Source: Saprolegnia diclina VS20 (Eukaryota). Taken from it: 64,000 nucleotides of DNA. The translations under genes were made by a program, and so were the position numbers. Under the pieces are notes generated by a model that searched no databases, was not told the DNA's origin, and saw only the letters and a program-made list of their open reading frames with translations. The stretch lies in NCBI RefSeq assembly GCF_000281045.1, contig NW_008246084.1, positions 467,769 through 531,768 on the forward strand, given 5' to 3'. Below, one piece after another: positions 11,732 through 22,301 of this stretch (positions within the stretch are counted from its first letter, which is position 1; the number at the start of each line of letters is the position of its first letter).

Positions 11732-13519
11732 TTAGTTGACGTGGATACGGGCGATCTCGCGGCCCTTTTGCGGCACGGGCGTCCGGCTGTGCAGCTGCGC
11801 ATAGTTGTCCGAGAGCACGTAGTCGCCGGCTTGCCACTCGTGCGCGTACTTGAAGTCGTCGCTGTAGAGAAGCGGCACGAGCGTCTCAAAGACCCACGCC
11901 TGCTCGGCAGCGTGCTCGGCGTCGGTCGCAGCCGCCTTCTTGCTGCGAATCGCAATGTGCGTCGGCTGGAGGTTGGTCTTGTCGGCGTCCCATGGCTCGT
12001 GGAAGCGGAGGATCTCCTGGCCGTCGACCGGGTGCTGGCACACGAGGTCCATGAAATGCGTCAGCGTCGCCGAACCGTACATGACGTTGGCCGCCGTCGT
12101 CGCCGTCATCTTGAGCGTCCGAAGACGCGCGACGTCTTCCGACGGCAAGGCCGCGAGGAGCCGGCGCGTGTCGACAAACATGGTGCGACCGAACGGCGAA
12201 TCACGAACCGGGTACGGCGCAAAGCACTGGAAGAACTGGTACAAGGGCACATCGCCGAGGATGTCGCTGTCGGGAATGCGCTTGAACATGCCGTCGTAGT
12301 GGAATGCCATGGGTTCGTGCGACCGCGACGCGAGGCCGGAGGCGCCGTCTTGCTTGAGCTCGAGCGTGCTGCCCGTGGGCCACATGAGGATCTCGCCAAT
12401 GTGCGACGCGAGCATGTCTTGGTTTTCGTCGGTGCGGAAGCCGCGGAGGAGCACGACGCTGTACTTGGTCGCGAGCGCGCGAAGCGCAATCTTGGGCAGC
12501 GCCGTGATCGAGACAGGTGACGACGCGATCAGCGTCACGCCCTGGCGCCACGGCTGCACGGCAATCGCGAGGCGCGCCCACTCGGGCGAAAGGTCGGGCA
12601 CTTCGCGGTAGAACCACGGACGGCCAAACTTGGTGACGACTTCGTACTTTGTCTTGTCGACGTCTTCGTGCTTGCATGCGAATTCGGTGCCGTCCATGCG
12701 CTGCACAATGACGCAGTGCCACGGCGTCGTCGGCGCCGTCTCGGACGCTTCAAGCTGCGGGATCAAGTGCACACCAAACTTGGGACCTGCGTTGTCAAAC
12801 GCGTGGATTGAGAGCCGAATCGCATCGCCAAAGACGTCGTTGACGAGGCTTGAGAACGCAATGTTGCGCCGAATCATCTCGCGCGCGGCCGATGTGATCG
12901 CGTTTGCTTTCGCAGCCGCGTCCAAGTGCGCGTACGTGGCGAGGAGGTCGCGCCCGATGAACGAGTGAAACGTGTTGTACGTGTTGCGCAAGCCCGCGTT
13001 CGTGGCCAAAACGTCGTCCAAGTCGAGGGCGTCGACGCCGTACCGGGCCTTGACCTCGGCGATTTGGTTGACTGACGTCTTCGTGTGGTTGTCGAGGCTG
13101 TCAAACTCCAAGTGCGTGTGCGTGGTCGACGCCAGAAGCTGCACGAGCGCCGCCTTGTACGCGAGTACGTCGTCGTCCGTGACGCCGAGCACTTGGCTGA
13201 AGACGCGGCCGTCGCTAAAGATCTTGGCGCGCGCGCCGCGGGGGTAGACCTTTTCGATCGCGACGCACGCCGCCTCCAAGCGCGCGAGGCCGATCTCTTC
13301 GCCGCGGTCCGGGAGCTTCCCGAGCACTTCGGTCTCCGTGTTGGGCGACTTGCAAGGGAAGCCGGGGAGAACGAGCGAGATCGGTTCGTCCTTCTCGATC
13401 GCGCGCGCAATGAGCTTGCTCAGGAACGCGCGGCCGTCGGTCTCAAACTTGTCCTCGGGCTTGATGTTGAGGAGCGGGCGCAGCGCGTCAATGATGCGGT
13501 CCATGGTCGATTGCACCAT
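11732..13519 (-). CDS. Isocyanide synthase (DIT1/PvcA) fused to a PvcB/IsnB-type TauD Fe/2OG dioxygenase, intronless, ~595 aa
   Basis: PvcA motifs LPGFPCKSPN..LGKLPDRGEE, IFSDGRVF, IRLSIH..GPKFGVHL and TPWH. PvcB-like motifs GEILMWPTGSTLEL, FHYDGMF (HxD), YQFFQC, GRTMFVDT, ILRFHEPW and HEWQAGDYVLSDNYAQLHSR (distal His and Arg). Confidence 0.9.
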   Translation of the reverse strand: MVQSTMDRIIDALRPLLNIKPEDKFETDGRAFLSKLIARAIEKDEPISLVLPGFPCKSPNTETEVLGKLPDRGEEIGLARLEAACVAIEKVYPRGARAKIFSDGRVFSQVLGVTDDDVLAYKAALVQLLASTTHTHLEFDSLDNHTKTSVNQIAEVKARYGVDALDLDDVLATNAGLRNTYNTFHSFIGRDLLATYAHLDAAAKANAITSAAREMIRRNIAFSSLVNDVFGDAIRLSIHAFDNAGPKFGVHLIPQLEASETAPTTPWHCVIVQRMDGTEFACKHEDVDKTKYEVVTKFGRPWFYREVPDLSPEWARLAIAVQPWRQGVTLIASSPVSITALPKIALRALATKYSVVLLRGFRTDENQDMLASHIGEILMWPTGSTLELKQDGASGLASRSHEPMAFHYDGMFKRIPDSDILGDVPLYQFFQCFAPYPVRDSPFGRTMFVDTRRLLAALPSEDVARLRTLKMTATTAANVMYGSATLTHFMDLVCQHPVDGQEILRFHEPWDADKTNLQPTHIAIRSKKAAATDAEHAAEQAWVFETLVPLLYSDDFKYAHEWQAGDYVLSDNYAQLHSRTPVPQKGREIARIHVN

Positions 13520-13623
13520 ATTTGTTCGTGTACTGTGGATAGAGAAGTTGGGTTTGTTGGAAAATGTGGTGGGCGGGCGGGGTCGTTGAGAGAGGACGAC
13601 ACGAGCTCGCTGCTGGAAAAAGA

Positions 13624-13640
13624 GCAAATTGAAAAATGAC
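13624..13640 (-). promoter_or_regulatory. Oomycete INR+FPR core promoter element of the ICS-TauD gene
   Basis: The minus strand reads GTCATTTTTCAATTTGCT, matching the oomycete TCAYTY..WTTYNCY initiator/FPR consensus, ~105 nt upstream of the ATG. Confidence 0.65.
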
Positions 13641-15122
13641 AATCGAGTATGGATCTTTTGGGCGCGAATGTCGGTTTTTCGAACCTCTGATCACGGAAAT
13701 GTCAGAGATGCGCGTGTCGCACACAACCGAAGTCCGATTGCGCCGCGGAATAATACGCTCGGTGTCCACCCTATCTGCCATCTGTTTTCGATTAGGGTCT
13801 GGTTATGCACAGTACTGCACAGAAGTATTCCCTACATATTTTTCCCATACATGGCTGTAGCTGACAAAGAATAGAAGCTATCGAATGTAGGCGGACGACA
13901 CGTGGAGTAGCGACTTGCGATGGAGCTTCGAGCGATTGTGATCACACCACAAGTGGTTGGGAACCATCTGAGTAACGCTTGTCTTTGCGCATACAGCACC
14001 TGTGTTGAGACCTACCCCTTGATCACGGTACGGAGTGCTACTGAGTACCGCCCGCGAATCAGCACCGTGTTTCGAGGCGCAATCTCGGCTGTCGATTCTT
14101 TCTTTATCAAACGTGCGCGGATCGTGTAGTGCGACCAAGTAATAGCAAGGCTACCGGCAACGTAATGCCGCTCACAACCGCAGCTACCATGGGTTGTTTG
14201 ACGCTACGACCGGTATTGCAGGTTTACTCAGCTACGTACGACCATTGCAAGCTCCTTTCTATGAACCGCTTCGTTGGCGTCGTGATTTCCGTTGACGGCA
14301 TCGGATGTGCGACGAAGTTCGCACCCGAGCCGTGTCCGGCAAGGCAAAGTGTCTGCGTTCAAGGCGTCAATGCCACGCACTTCGTCGCACCGCACATCTC
14401 GCATGCACGCAGCTACATATATTTGCGTACTGGTACCACCGAGCTACAATAATGTATATGGCTGTCGCAGGAACCGCAGCGGAAGTCAGCGGAAGTAAAT
14501 GTTTTCAAAGACACCTGTTGCCGCGTCACGGTTTCGAGCGTTTTGATTGGGTCTACGCACCCCGCGCGCGTACCACTCGCCCATGTGGCGGCCATACGTT
14601 TTCCTGCAGTGCCAACTCTTGCGACTTTGACTTGTTTCGATAGTGAGTGTTGACATCGTCCATCGGGCTTGACAGTATCTTGGCCGTCGTGTTGAGGCCG
14701 TAGCGACTACAAATACGACTTAGTCCTGATACGGAGGCGCTGCAGCTGCTTACGACGACGTCCAAGATCGCGAGCATCCCACTGCCTCGTGTGAAATTAC
14801 GACGTTGTGTAGTCATTTTGCGAGGTTTACAGCGTGTACAGTATTGGGGAAAGGAAGACGATCACGAAAGCAGTCCTGGATTCAAAGGTGGGACGTTTGT
14901 GAGCTAGGCCATGTATATTCCGCAAACAGCCAGCGACAAAGAAGCTGGGCGTCGATCTGGTGAAGTCCTCTCGTTGCCGTCACCCGTTCGTCACCCAAGA
15001 GCCATTCGTATCAGTCGGATCTGCTGGATGCTTTCATACCGCCTATATTTGTATCTTTGTATGCAAAGGCAATCCAAACTTTGGCGTTGGACATGGTAGT
15101 GCTGTTGGAGTTGAGACTCGAA

Positions 15123-15140
15123 GCTCACTTTTCAATTTGC
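15123..15140 (+). promoter_or_regulatory. Oomycete INR+FPR core promoter element of the stand-alone ICS gene
   Basis: GCTCACTTTTCAATTTGC just upstream of ATG 15155. Confidence 0.7.
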
Positions 15141-15154
15141 CTCACACAGTCGCC

Positions 15155-16288
15155 ATGGTTTGCTACAGCACCGATATCGAACGCATGCCCGAGTGCACGG
15201 CGCCGTTTGCGACGCTTTGTGCGAACGACTCGCAGCCGGTCCCCACGACCAAGTCGCCTTTCTCGTTCCTTGCGCTCTTGCTCGACTATTGGAGCCGCTA
15301 CCTCCCGAGCCAGTACCCGCAGCGCGCTGCGCTGGAGAGCGCACCGGTCACCAAGTCCACATCGCCCGACGACATTGTTACCGCCGTCCTCGCTGCCCTT
15401 CTCCCGATGCTCCACAAGATTCCCGGTGATCGGTTTGATGCCGAAGGTCGCTTCAAGGTCGAAGCGGCTGTCATGCGTGCGATCGACGCCAAGCAGCCCC
15501 TCACGTTTGTGATCCCGGCCTTTCCCTTCAAGTCGCCCAACACAGCCGAAAAGACGCTCGGCGTGCTGCCGGACCGCGGTGAAGAGCTTGCGATGCAACG
15601 CCTCGAGACGCTTTGCCGCGAGATCGAGGCTGTGTACACGCCTGGCGCTCAGATGGTCATCTTCAGCGACGGTCGCATCTTCAACGACATCATTGGCGTC
15701 TCGACAGACGCCATGGACGCCTACATCGCCGAGCTCGAGGCCATGGCGGTCGCGGCGCAGCATACGCACATCAAGTTTGACCGACTCGAGAACTACACCA
15801 CCACCGAAGACCCCAACCAGGAGCTTCTCGAGCGCTACAACTGCGACAAGATCGACATGAAGAAGCTTCTAAAGGACGACGCGGGCGTCCTTGCCACGTA
15901 CCGCGGCTTCCGTCGCTTCCTCACCAAGGACCTCGCGCACAAGTGGGTCGGCATGTCCAAGTCGGCCATCGATAAGGCTGCGGGGGCCGCCGCCAAGCTC
16001 ATGATCCAGCGCAACATGGCCTTCTCGACGCTCGTCGACGACTGCTATCCGGACGCGATCCGCCTCTCGATCCACGCCTACGACAACGCGGGCCCCAAGT
16101 ACGGTGTCGCCCTCATCCCGCAGCTTCAGAGCTCCAACGGGTCGATCCCGACTACGCCGTGGCACTGCGTCATGGTCACCGATGAACACGGTCGCGAGTT
16201 CTCGGCCAAGCACGAAGATATCGATCTGGAGCGGTACGAGCTGCAGTACAAGTTTGGCCGGGCGTGGTGCTATACGGCCAAGCCGTAG
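15155..16288 (+). CDS. Stand-alone isocyanide synthase (DIT1/PvcA family), intronless, ~377 aa
   Basis: IPAFPFKSPNTAEKTLGVLPDRGEE, IFSDGRIF, IRLSIHAYDNAGPKYGVAL and TPWHCV. It is a clear paralog of the N-terminal half of 11732-13519. Confidence 0.9.
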   Translation: MVCYSTDIERMPECTAPFATLCANDSQPVPTTKSPFSFLALLLDYWSRYLPSQYPQRAALESAPVTKSTSPDDIVTAVLAALLPMLHKIPGDRFDAEGRFKVEAAVMRAIDAKQPLTFVIPAFPFKSPNTAEKTLGVLPDRGEELAMQRLETLCREIEAVYTPGAQMVIFSDGRIFNDIIGVSTDAMDAYIAELEAMAVAAQHTHIKFDRLENYTTTEDPNQELLERYNCDKIDMKKLLKDDAGVLATYRGFRRFLTKDLAHKWVGMSKSAIDKAAGAAAKLMIQRNMAFSTLVDDCYPDAIRLSIHAYDNAGPKYGVALIPQLQSSNGSIPTTPWHCVMVTDEHGREFSAKHEDIDLERYELQYKFGRAWCYTAKP

Positions 16289-17319
16289 ATAGACCTATCT
16301 TATTCGCTTAATCTATTTCTTACTGTGCATGACAAAATCAAACTCTGTTTCAAGTCCTGCTTTCCGTCGCAAAATGCTTTAATGCAAACAAAAACTACCA
16401 CGGTTTACACGCCGTGTCTGGTTTGTTCGTTCACGTAAGCTGGGTGTCCATGTGACTCTCTCATACGCTCGTCGCTTCCACTACGACGCGGTCACCACAT
16501 CATTTTCAGTGCACGAGTCACCCATCGCGACCAATACGCCAATCTTGCTCACCTGCGTACTCTCTCACGCCCGAATACAACGCTGCTCAACGCAGACTCG
16601 GCTCCCATCGACTCCGCTTGCGGTTGAGGTCACTGCAAAGGCACGTTTACCTCACCCACACTTGACCTACGGATGCTCGTCTTCTCGCATGCTTCAGCAC
16701 ACAAGACGACTAGTACACCTTGTCGGACGCAACGGCATTGCCATACGAGGGCGCTCAAAAGTCTTCTATCTGATATGTGATTGTACGTCGTTTCAACACC
16801 AACAAAAGTGGTGGGGTTTGCGACTTGAGATGCGTGGACGCACTCCATTCATGCTTGCACGAGCTGCTGCCACCTGTTTTCTTGGGACCCCTATCCCACA
16901 TTAGATGACAGACCTTCTAGAAGGACCCTTATGGATGCGTTGAGCCACCCAGTAGCGTATTCCGCACGTCATGCACGTACCAGCAAGGTCCTTCTACACC
17001 AACGCATTGCTTTATCTTACAAGCTCGCTTCCAGGGACTGCATAGTACCTACTGATGTTCGCCTTCGTTACCCAGCAAGAAATGTATCGACCCCCTCGAG
17101 GGCCCTACCAAAAGGAGTGTTTAAAAATAGACACGCCCGATAAAGTACGCATCTCACGACTCCTTTTAAAATAATAACGTACAGAGTGGAGTATTAAAAA
17201 ACAAATCGTGTTTCAAAAGCGCACTTGATCGGGTTCACGCGTTGCTCGCCATTCGTATTGGTCGTCTCTTGACCAACCAGTGGCAGCCAATCTTCGAGGC
17301 AACCTCATCTTGCATCAGC

Positions 17320-18870
17320 ATGAGCGACCACGAGGAGGACGTCGGCGCGCTCGCGGCCGCGCCCGTGGCCCGCACGGATAGCAGCGTCTACTTCTCGGAT
17401 GAGACCTTCGAGTCGCTGCCGCTCTCGGAGCCGACGCAGCGCGTGCTCAAGGAGATGAACTTCGTCAAGCTCACCAAGATTCAGTCCAAGTCGATCCGCC
17501 CGCTTCTCGCTGGCAGCGACTTGCTCGGCGCCGCCAAGACGGGCTCGGGCAAGACGCTCTCGTTCTTGATCCCGTCGATCGAGCTGCTCTACAAGGTCAA
17601 GTTTACTGCGCGCAAGGGCACTGGTTGCATCGTCATCTCGCCGACGCGCGAGCTTGCGCTCCAGATCTACGGCGTCGTCAAGGAGATCACCAAGTACCAC
17701 ACGCAGACGCACGGCATTGTCATGGGCGGTGCCAACCGCCGCGCCGAGGCCGAGCGCCTCGTAAAGGGCGTCAACATCCTCATCGCGACGCCCGGTCGTC
17801 TTCTCGATCACCTCCAGAACACCAAGGGCTTCATCTTCCACAACCTCCAGATCTTCGTCATCGACGAAGCCGACCGTATTCTCTCGATTGGTTTCGAAGA
17901 GGAGATGCGCCAGATCATCAAGTGCATCCCCAAGACGCGCCAGACGATGCTCTTTTCGGCGACGCAGACCAAGAAGGTCGAGGACCTCATCAAGGTGTCG
18001 ATCCAGGGTACGCCCGTGTACGTTGGCGTCGACGACGTCGAGAACGCCGAGGCGACCGTGCAGACGCTCGAGCAGGGCTATGTGGTCACGCCGAGCGACA
18101 AGCGGTTTTTGCTCCTCTTTACCTTTTTGAAGAAGAACCTCAACAAGAAGGTCATGGTCTTCTTCTCGAGCTGCAACGCCGTCAAGTTTTACGGCGAGCT
18201 CCTCAACTACATTGACGTGCCTGTGCTCGACATCCACGGCAAGCAGAAGCAGAACAAGCGCACGACGACCTTCTTTCAGTTTTGCTCGGCGAAAAGCGGT
18301 ATCCTGCTCTGCACGGACGTGGCGGCGCGTGGTCTCGACATCCCGGCGGTCGATTGGATCATCCAGTATGACCCGCCGGATGATCCGAAGGAGTACATCC
18401 ACCGTGTCGGTCGTACGGCGCGCGGTGCAACGGGTGCCGGCAAGGCGCTGCTCATGCTGCTCCCGGAAGAGCTCGGGTTTCTCAAGTACCTCAAGGCGGC
18501 CAAGGTCGCGCTCTCCGAGTACGACTTCCCGACCAAGAAGGTGGCGAACGTCGAGAACCAGCTCATGAAGCTCGTCGAGAAGACGTACTATTTGCACAAG
18601 AGCGCAAAGGAAGCGTACCGCAGCTACCTCCTCGCGTACGCGTCGCACGGCCTCAAGAACATCTTTGACGTCGGCACCCTCGATTTGCCGGCGGTCGCCA
18701 AGTCGTTTGGCCTCACGGTCCCGCCCAAGGTGACGCTGCCCGTCAAGACGAACGGCAAGGAAGGCAAGCGCAAGCGCGAAGACAAGTACAGCAAGAGCGG
18801 CCATGCGTTTAGCGCGGAAAACCCGTACGGGAAGCGCGCCAAGGACGACAAGCGCCAGTTTGCCCACTAG
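17320..18870 (+). CDS. HAS1: ATP-dependent RNA helicase HAS1/DDX18
   Basis: [43 protein letters not shown]-like motif, [16 protein letters not shown] and AYRSYL. Intronless. Confidence 0.95.
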   Translation: MSDHEEDVGALAAAPVARTDSSVYFSDETFESLPLSEPTQRVLKEMNFVKLTKIQSKSIRPLLAGSDLLGAAKTGSGKTLSFLIPSIELLYKVKFTARKGTGCIVISPTRELALQIYGVVKEITKYHTQTHGIVMGGANRRAEAERLVKGVNILIATPGRLLDHLQNTKGFIFHNLQIFVIDEADRILSIGFEEEMRQIIKCIPKTRQTMLFSATQTKKVEDLIKVSIQGTPVYVGVDDVENAEATVQTLEQGYVVTPSDKRFLLLFTFLKKNLNKKVMVFFSSCNAVKFYGELLNYIDVPVLDIHGKQKQNKRTTTFFQFCSAKSGILLCTDVAARGLDIPAVDWIIQYDPPDDPKEYIHRVGRTARGATGAGKALLMLLPEELGFLKYLKAAKVALSEYDFPTKKVANVENQLMKLVEKTYYLHKSAKEAYRSYLLAYASHGLKNIFDVGTLDLPAVAKSFGLTVPPKVTLPVKTNGKEGKRKREDKYSKSGHAFSAENPYGKRAKDDKRQFAH

Positions 18871-19429
18871 AAGACTAAATAATAATTGTATAATTTGTGA
18901 CCCCACAGCCTTGACATACACGTGAAGACAAGCGAATAGACCCGTCATTGGTTATGCACAGTGCACCACCCCACGGTGAAGAGACTTGGACCACATAGTA
19001 GTAGCTCCTCTAGACAGAGCGTACGAACACGTTGCATTGAGAAAGAAGAGCGTCGTATCGATACCATTCGGGTCGGTGGTTGACGCCGCTCTCTTTGTGT
19101 ACAAGTGTCAGCGCCGTAAAGTAATGGCCTTGGTAGTATAAGAAGGGACCTTCTTGTGTCAGGAGGGCGTTGATTTTGGCTGTCTCCGGAAGAGGACAGG
19201 CCCATGGACTGTCCATTTCATCACGTTGTGACGACGAGGCGGCGGTGGCGACTTGCAGTCGCGGAAGCGAGGTTTCTGCAGCTGTTGATGTTGAAGCTCC
19301 TTGATTCGGATCTGCCCAACCTCCAAGAAGGCCAAGCACGACGAGAATACACAGAGTTGAGGAGGACGAAATAATACTTAGTTAATAGGTGGACGCGACG
19401 GACGCAAACTGGCAGACAAGACAACGTCG

Positions 19430-19885
19430 CTACCCTTCCAAGCTGCGCGCGAGGCCGACGTAGAGTGCGAGCGTCCCAAGGTTCCCGACCGCATGCATGC
19501 CAATGTGCCAGAGGTACGAGATGCTCTTGTTCGGGCACGTGATCGATTTGAAGTAGCAAAAGACCGACTTGGCCATGAGCGCGTAGTAGAGGTACTGGTA
19601 AAACTGCACTTCGCAAGAGAGCGAGAGGTACATGTGGTATACGAGGCCGCCCGCGACGGCCACCATGTCCATGTTGCGTCGCCAGCCCATCGTCGGGTGG
19701 CGCCAGTAGTTGATGGACGTGAGCAGCACGAGCGTCGCGACAAGCGAGCAGCTCCAGAGGTCCTTCTTGGCGGCCGAGAAGGCCGAGAGCGCCGTCAAGC
19801 ACGACGACTTGAGCAGTCGGGACGAGTACTGCGGCTGTGTCACGAGGTACTCGTACTCGGCGCTGCTGTAGTTGTGGCTTCCCAT
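19430..19885 (-). CDS. Small multi-pass membrane protein (TSINYWRHP...WRRNxD...HxxxH family), copy 1
   Basis: ~151-aa ORF with about 5 hydrophobic segments. It is a clear paralog of 21870-22301. Confidence 0.75.
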   Translation of the reverse strand: MGSHNYSSAEYEYLVTQPQYSSRLLKSSCLTALSAFSAAKKDLWSCSLVATLVLLTSINYWRHPTMGWRRNMDMVAVAGGLVYHMYLSLSCEVQFYQYLYYALMAKSVFCYFKSITCPNKSISYLWHIGMHAVGNLGTLALYVGLARSLEG

Positions 19886-20775
19886 GTCGGTCAAAAATCG
19901 CAAAATCGCAAATGGATGCGTCTCTACTTGCGCGCCTTTTTGACATGCGAAATTGAATTACCTCACCGCTCGTATACAGCGCGCGTCATATTTAATTACA
20001 TCCTGTTGCACATGGTCGCTTTGTCGGCCGTTCGAGTTTGTCAAGGGCGGCGCGCACCCACCGAACGGCCCATGACGGACCCGTCGTCCTGCGTCAACAG
20101 TGCTCGTGAGCAACCTGCGCTTTCCCACGAGTTGCAGACGAGTGATATCGAGCTGTCATTGACCAGTGTATGTATGTATTGCTCCATTTGAGAGCATCAA
20201 TTCTGTTGAAAGTACCACGATGGACGATCGAGGCCAAGACCGAGGCCAGCATTTCGCCGACGTTAGTGTCACAGTGTTGGGTGCCGCCATGTGCGATCGC
20301 AGATAGCTGCAAAACCGCAATCAACGGCACGGGGTCGTGTCGGTGGTTGCTGTCGGTGCTCGAAGCATGCGAATTGCTTGGACGACGTGGATGACGAATG
20401 GCATCCGTGAACTCTCGAGCTCCTTTGTCGCAGCCAGCTATGACACTTGTGCATCAGTGATGAGTTGCCGCATTATCGCTATCTGTCCAGCGACAAAATG
20501 TACCGATATCATCAACACGTCGACGGCATGCGCCCAGCCAAGGAGCTTGCAACACCGAGGGGAGCCGTACTTGCCACGTGTACGAGTACACTAGCAAAGG
20601 TGAGCTGTTGATGTCGTGCTCGGAGCGGTGCTCACCAAGCCCTATTCAACGAGTCGTCAAGACCAGAAGACACTCGTGGTGGATTGTCTGGTGGGCAGAC
20701 ACTCGTGAGAAATCAAGTTCATATCGCTGCTGGCGCCAAGTAATTGGTCAGGACAGGACACGAGACGCGACAAAA

Positions 20776-21804
20776 ATGCTGCGGACGATCCGCCCAAGCG
20801 CGCGCTGCTATCCCCGTGCGTCGGCGCGTCAAAGCTCGTCGCAAGCGCTTCTCACGCTCGGCCACGTGGACGCTCCTCTGCGCGTTCTCGTCGTCGGCGA
20901 CGGCAACTTTTCCTACGCGCGGGCGCTGTCCCGCGCAACGACCGCCACGATCCTCGCCACGTCCTTCGACACGAGAGATGCACTCACAGCCATGTACCCG
21001 ACCGCGCCGGCCAACATTGCAGCGATGTCCTTGCCCCACGCCGTGCGCCACGGAATTGATGCGACGCAGTTGGAGCGCTATGGTGACTTGCCCGGGCCAT
21101 TTGACCGCATCGTCTTCAACTTCCCGCACTCGTATGCCGCCGACGGTGGCCGGCACAACAAGATCAGCGAGCACCGAAAGCTATTGACGCAGTTCTTTCA
21201 AAGTGCCGCAAGCGTCCTCTCCCCTCGTGGGCAAATCTGGGTCGCCCTCTGTGCCGGCCAAGGTGGCACGCCAGCCGAGACGGTCCAGCGCAAGCCTGGG
21301 GATACGTGGCAAGTCGCGCAGTGCGCGGCGAGCGCGCAACTGCTGTTGACGGCTGTTGAACCGTTTCCTATCCGCGACCTCCAGTTGCTAGGCTACGAAA
21401 GCGCCGGCTACCGCCTCGGCGCCAAGGGCTTCTACACCAACGGCAGCCTCGTCCATATCTTTTGCCGCGACGATCAAGACGATGTCCGCGCCGCGTTCCC
21501 ACTGCAGTGGACGCGGGACATGAGTTTTTGGACACAAAATAGCGACTGGTCGTCGGCTAAGCACGGCGACGCACTGCACGAGCTGCTGCAACGCATTTGG
21601 CGCGGGGCCATCGAGGTGCGTGGCGTGCGCTGTGTCGACGAGTACACTTGCCCGACGACGCGACGCAAGTCGTTGTGCTTTCGCGTCGCATTAGAGACGT
21701 ACACGAAAGCGTATAGTGACGCGGATATGGTAGCTCTCTTGGCGACGGCGGGGCGTGCCATGGGCGAGGCCCATCTCGGAGAGTATCGTGCGCCAACTTC
21801 TTGA
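20776..21804 (+). CDS. FDXACB1-like protein (BMT5/DUF2431 Rossmann methyltransferase domain + C-terminal FDX-ACB-like domain), copy 1
   Basis: VLVVGDGNFSYA, ATSFD, IDAT, FDRIVFNFPH, LCAGQGGTP, DTWQV, GY...F, then RDMSFW and DEY...SLCFRV. Confidence 0.85.
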   Translation: MLRTIRPSARCYPRASARQSSSQALLTLGHVDAPLRVLVVGDGNFSYARALSRATTATILATSFDTRDALTAMYPTAPANIAAMSLPHAVRHGIDATQLERYGDLPGPFDRIVFNFPHSYAADGGRHNKISEHRKLLTQFFQSAASVLSPRGQIWVALCAGQGGTPAETVQRKPGDTWQVAQCAASAQLLLTAVEPFPIRDLQLLGYESAGYRLGAKGFYTNGSLVHIFCRDDQDDVRAAFPLQWTRDMSFWTQNSDWSSAKHGDALHELLQRIWRGAIEVRGVRCVDEYTCPTTRRKSLCFRVALETYTKAYSDADMVALLATAGRAMGEAHLGEYRAPTS

Positions 21805-21869
21805 GAAACACTGAATACAATTATGCCTATCGTACTTTCAAATATATATCTTGTGTTGAAATTGTTATG

Positions 21870-22301
21870 TTAAATGACCATGTAGAGGAGGCAGTTGGCA
21901 ATGTTGCCGACAAGGTGCATCGTCATGTGCCACTTGGACGCGGCGTCCTTGTCATGGCTCGAGCGCGCTTTGAAGTAGCACACGAAAATCTGAAGCGCCA
22001 AGCCATAGTACACGAGCTGGTGGTGCCCCGACGGCACGAAGCGCGCGGTGTACAAGTGGTAGCTCATGCCACAAAACACTGCGAGCATGTCGAGGTTGCG
22101 CCGCCACCCGTGCACGGGGTGGCGCCAGTAGTTGACCGACGTTAGGAACACGAGGAGCGTGAGGCCACAGCACGCCCAGAGCTCGTACTGCGCCGCCGTA
22201 ACCACGGACGCAACCGTCAAGAACGACGACTTGAAGAGCCGACCCGAATACTGCGGTGGCAAGACGAGCGTCTCCTTCGCGCTGAGGTTACGTCGCAGCA
22301 T
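21870..22301 (-). CDS. Small multi-pass membrane protein, copy 2 (paralog of 19430-19885)
   Basis: Shares PQYS.RL.KSS.LT, TSVNYWRHP..GWRRNLDM and WH..MH.VGN with copy 1. Confidence 0.75.
   Translation of the reverse strand: MLRRNLSAKETLVLPPQYSGRLFKSSFLTVASVVTAAQYELWACCGLTLLVFLTSVNYWRHPVHGWRRNLDMLAVFCGMSYHLYTARFVPSGHHQLVYYGLALQIFVCYFKARSSHDKDAASKWHMTMHLVGNIANCLLYMVI

Noticed and set aside
17305..18948. Long antisense or alternative-frame ORFs (here and over most genes)
   Set aside because: These are shadow ORFs caused by strong GC3 codon bias; they contain no recognisable motifs.
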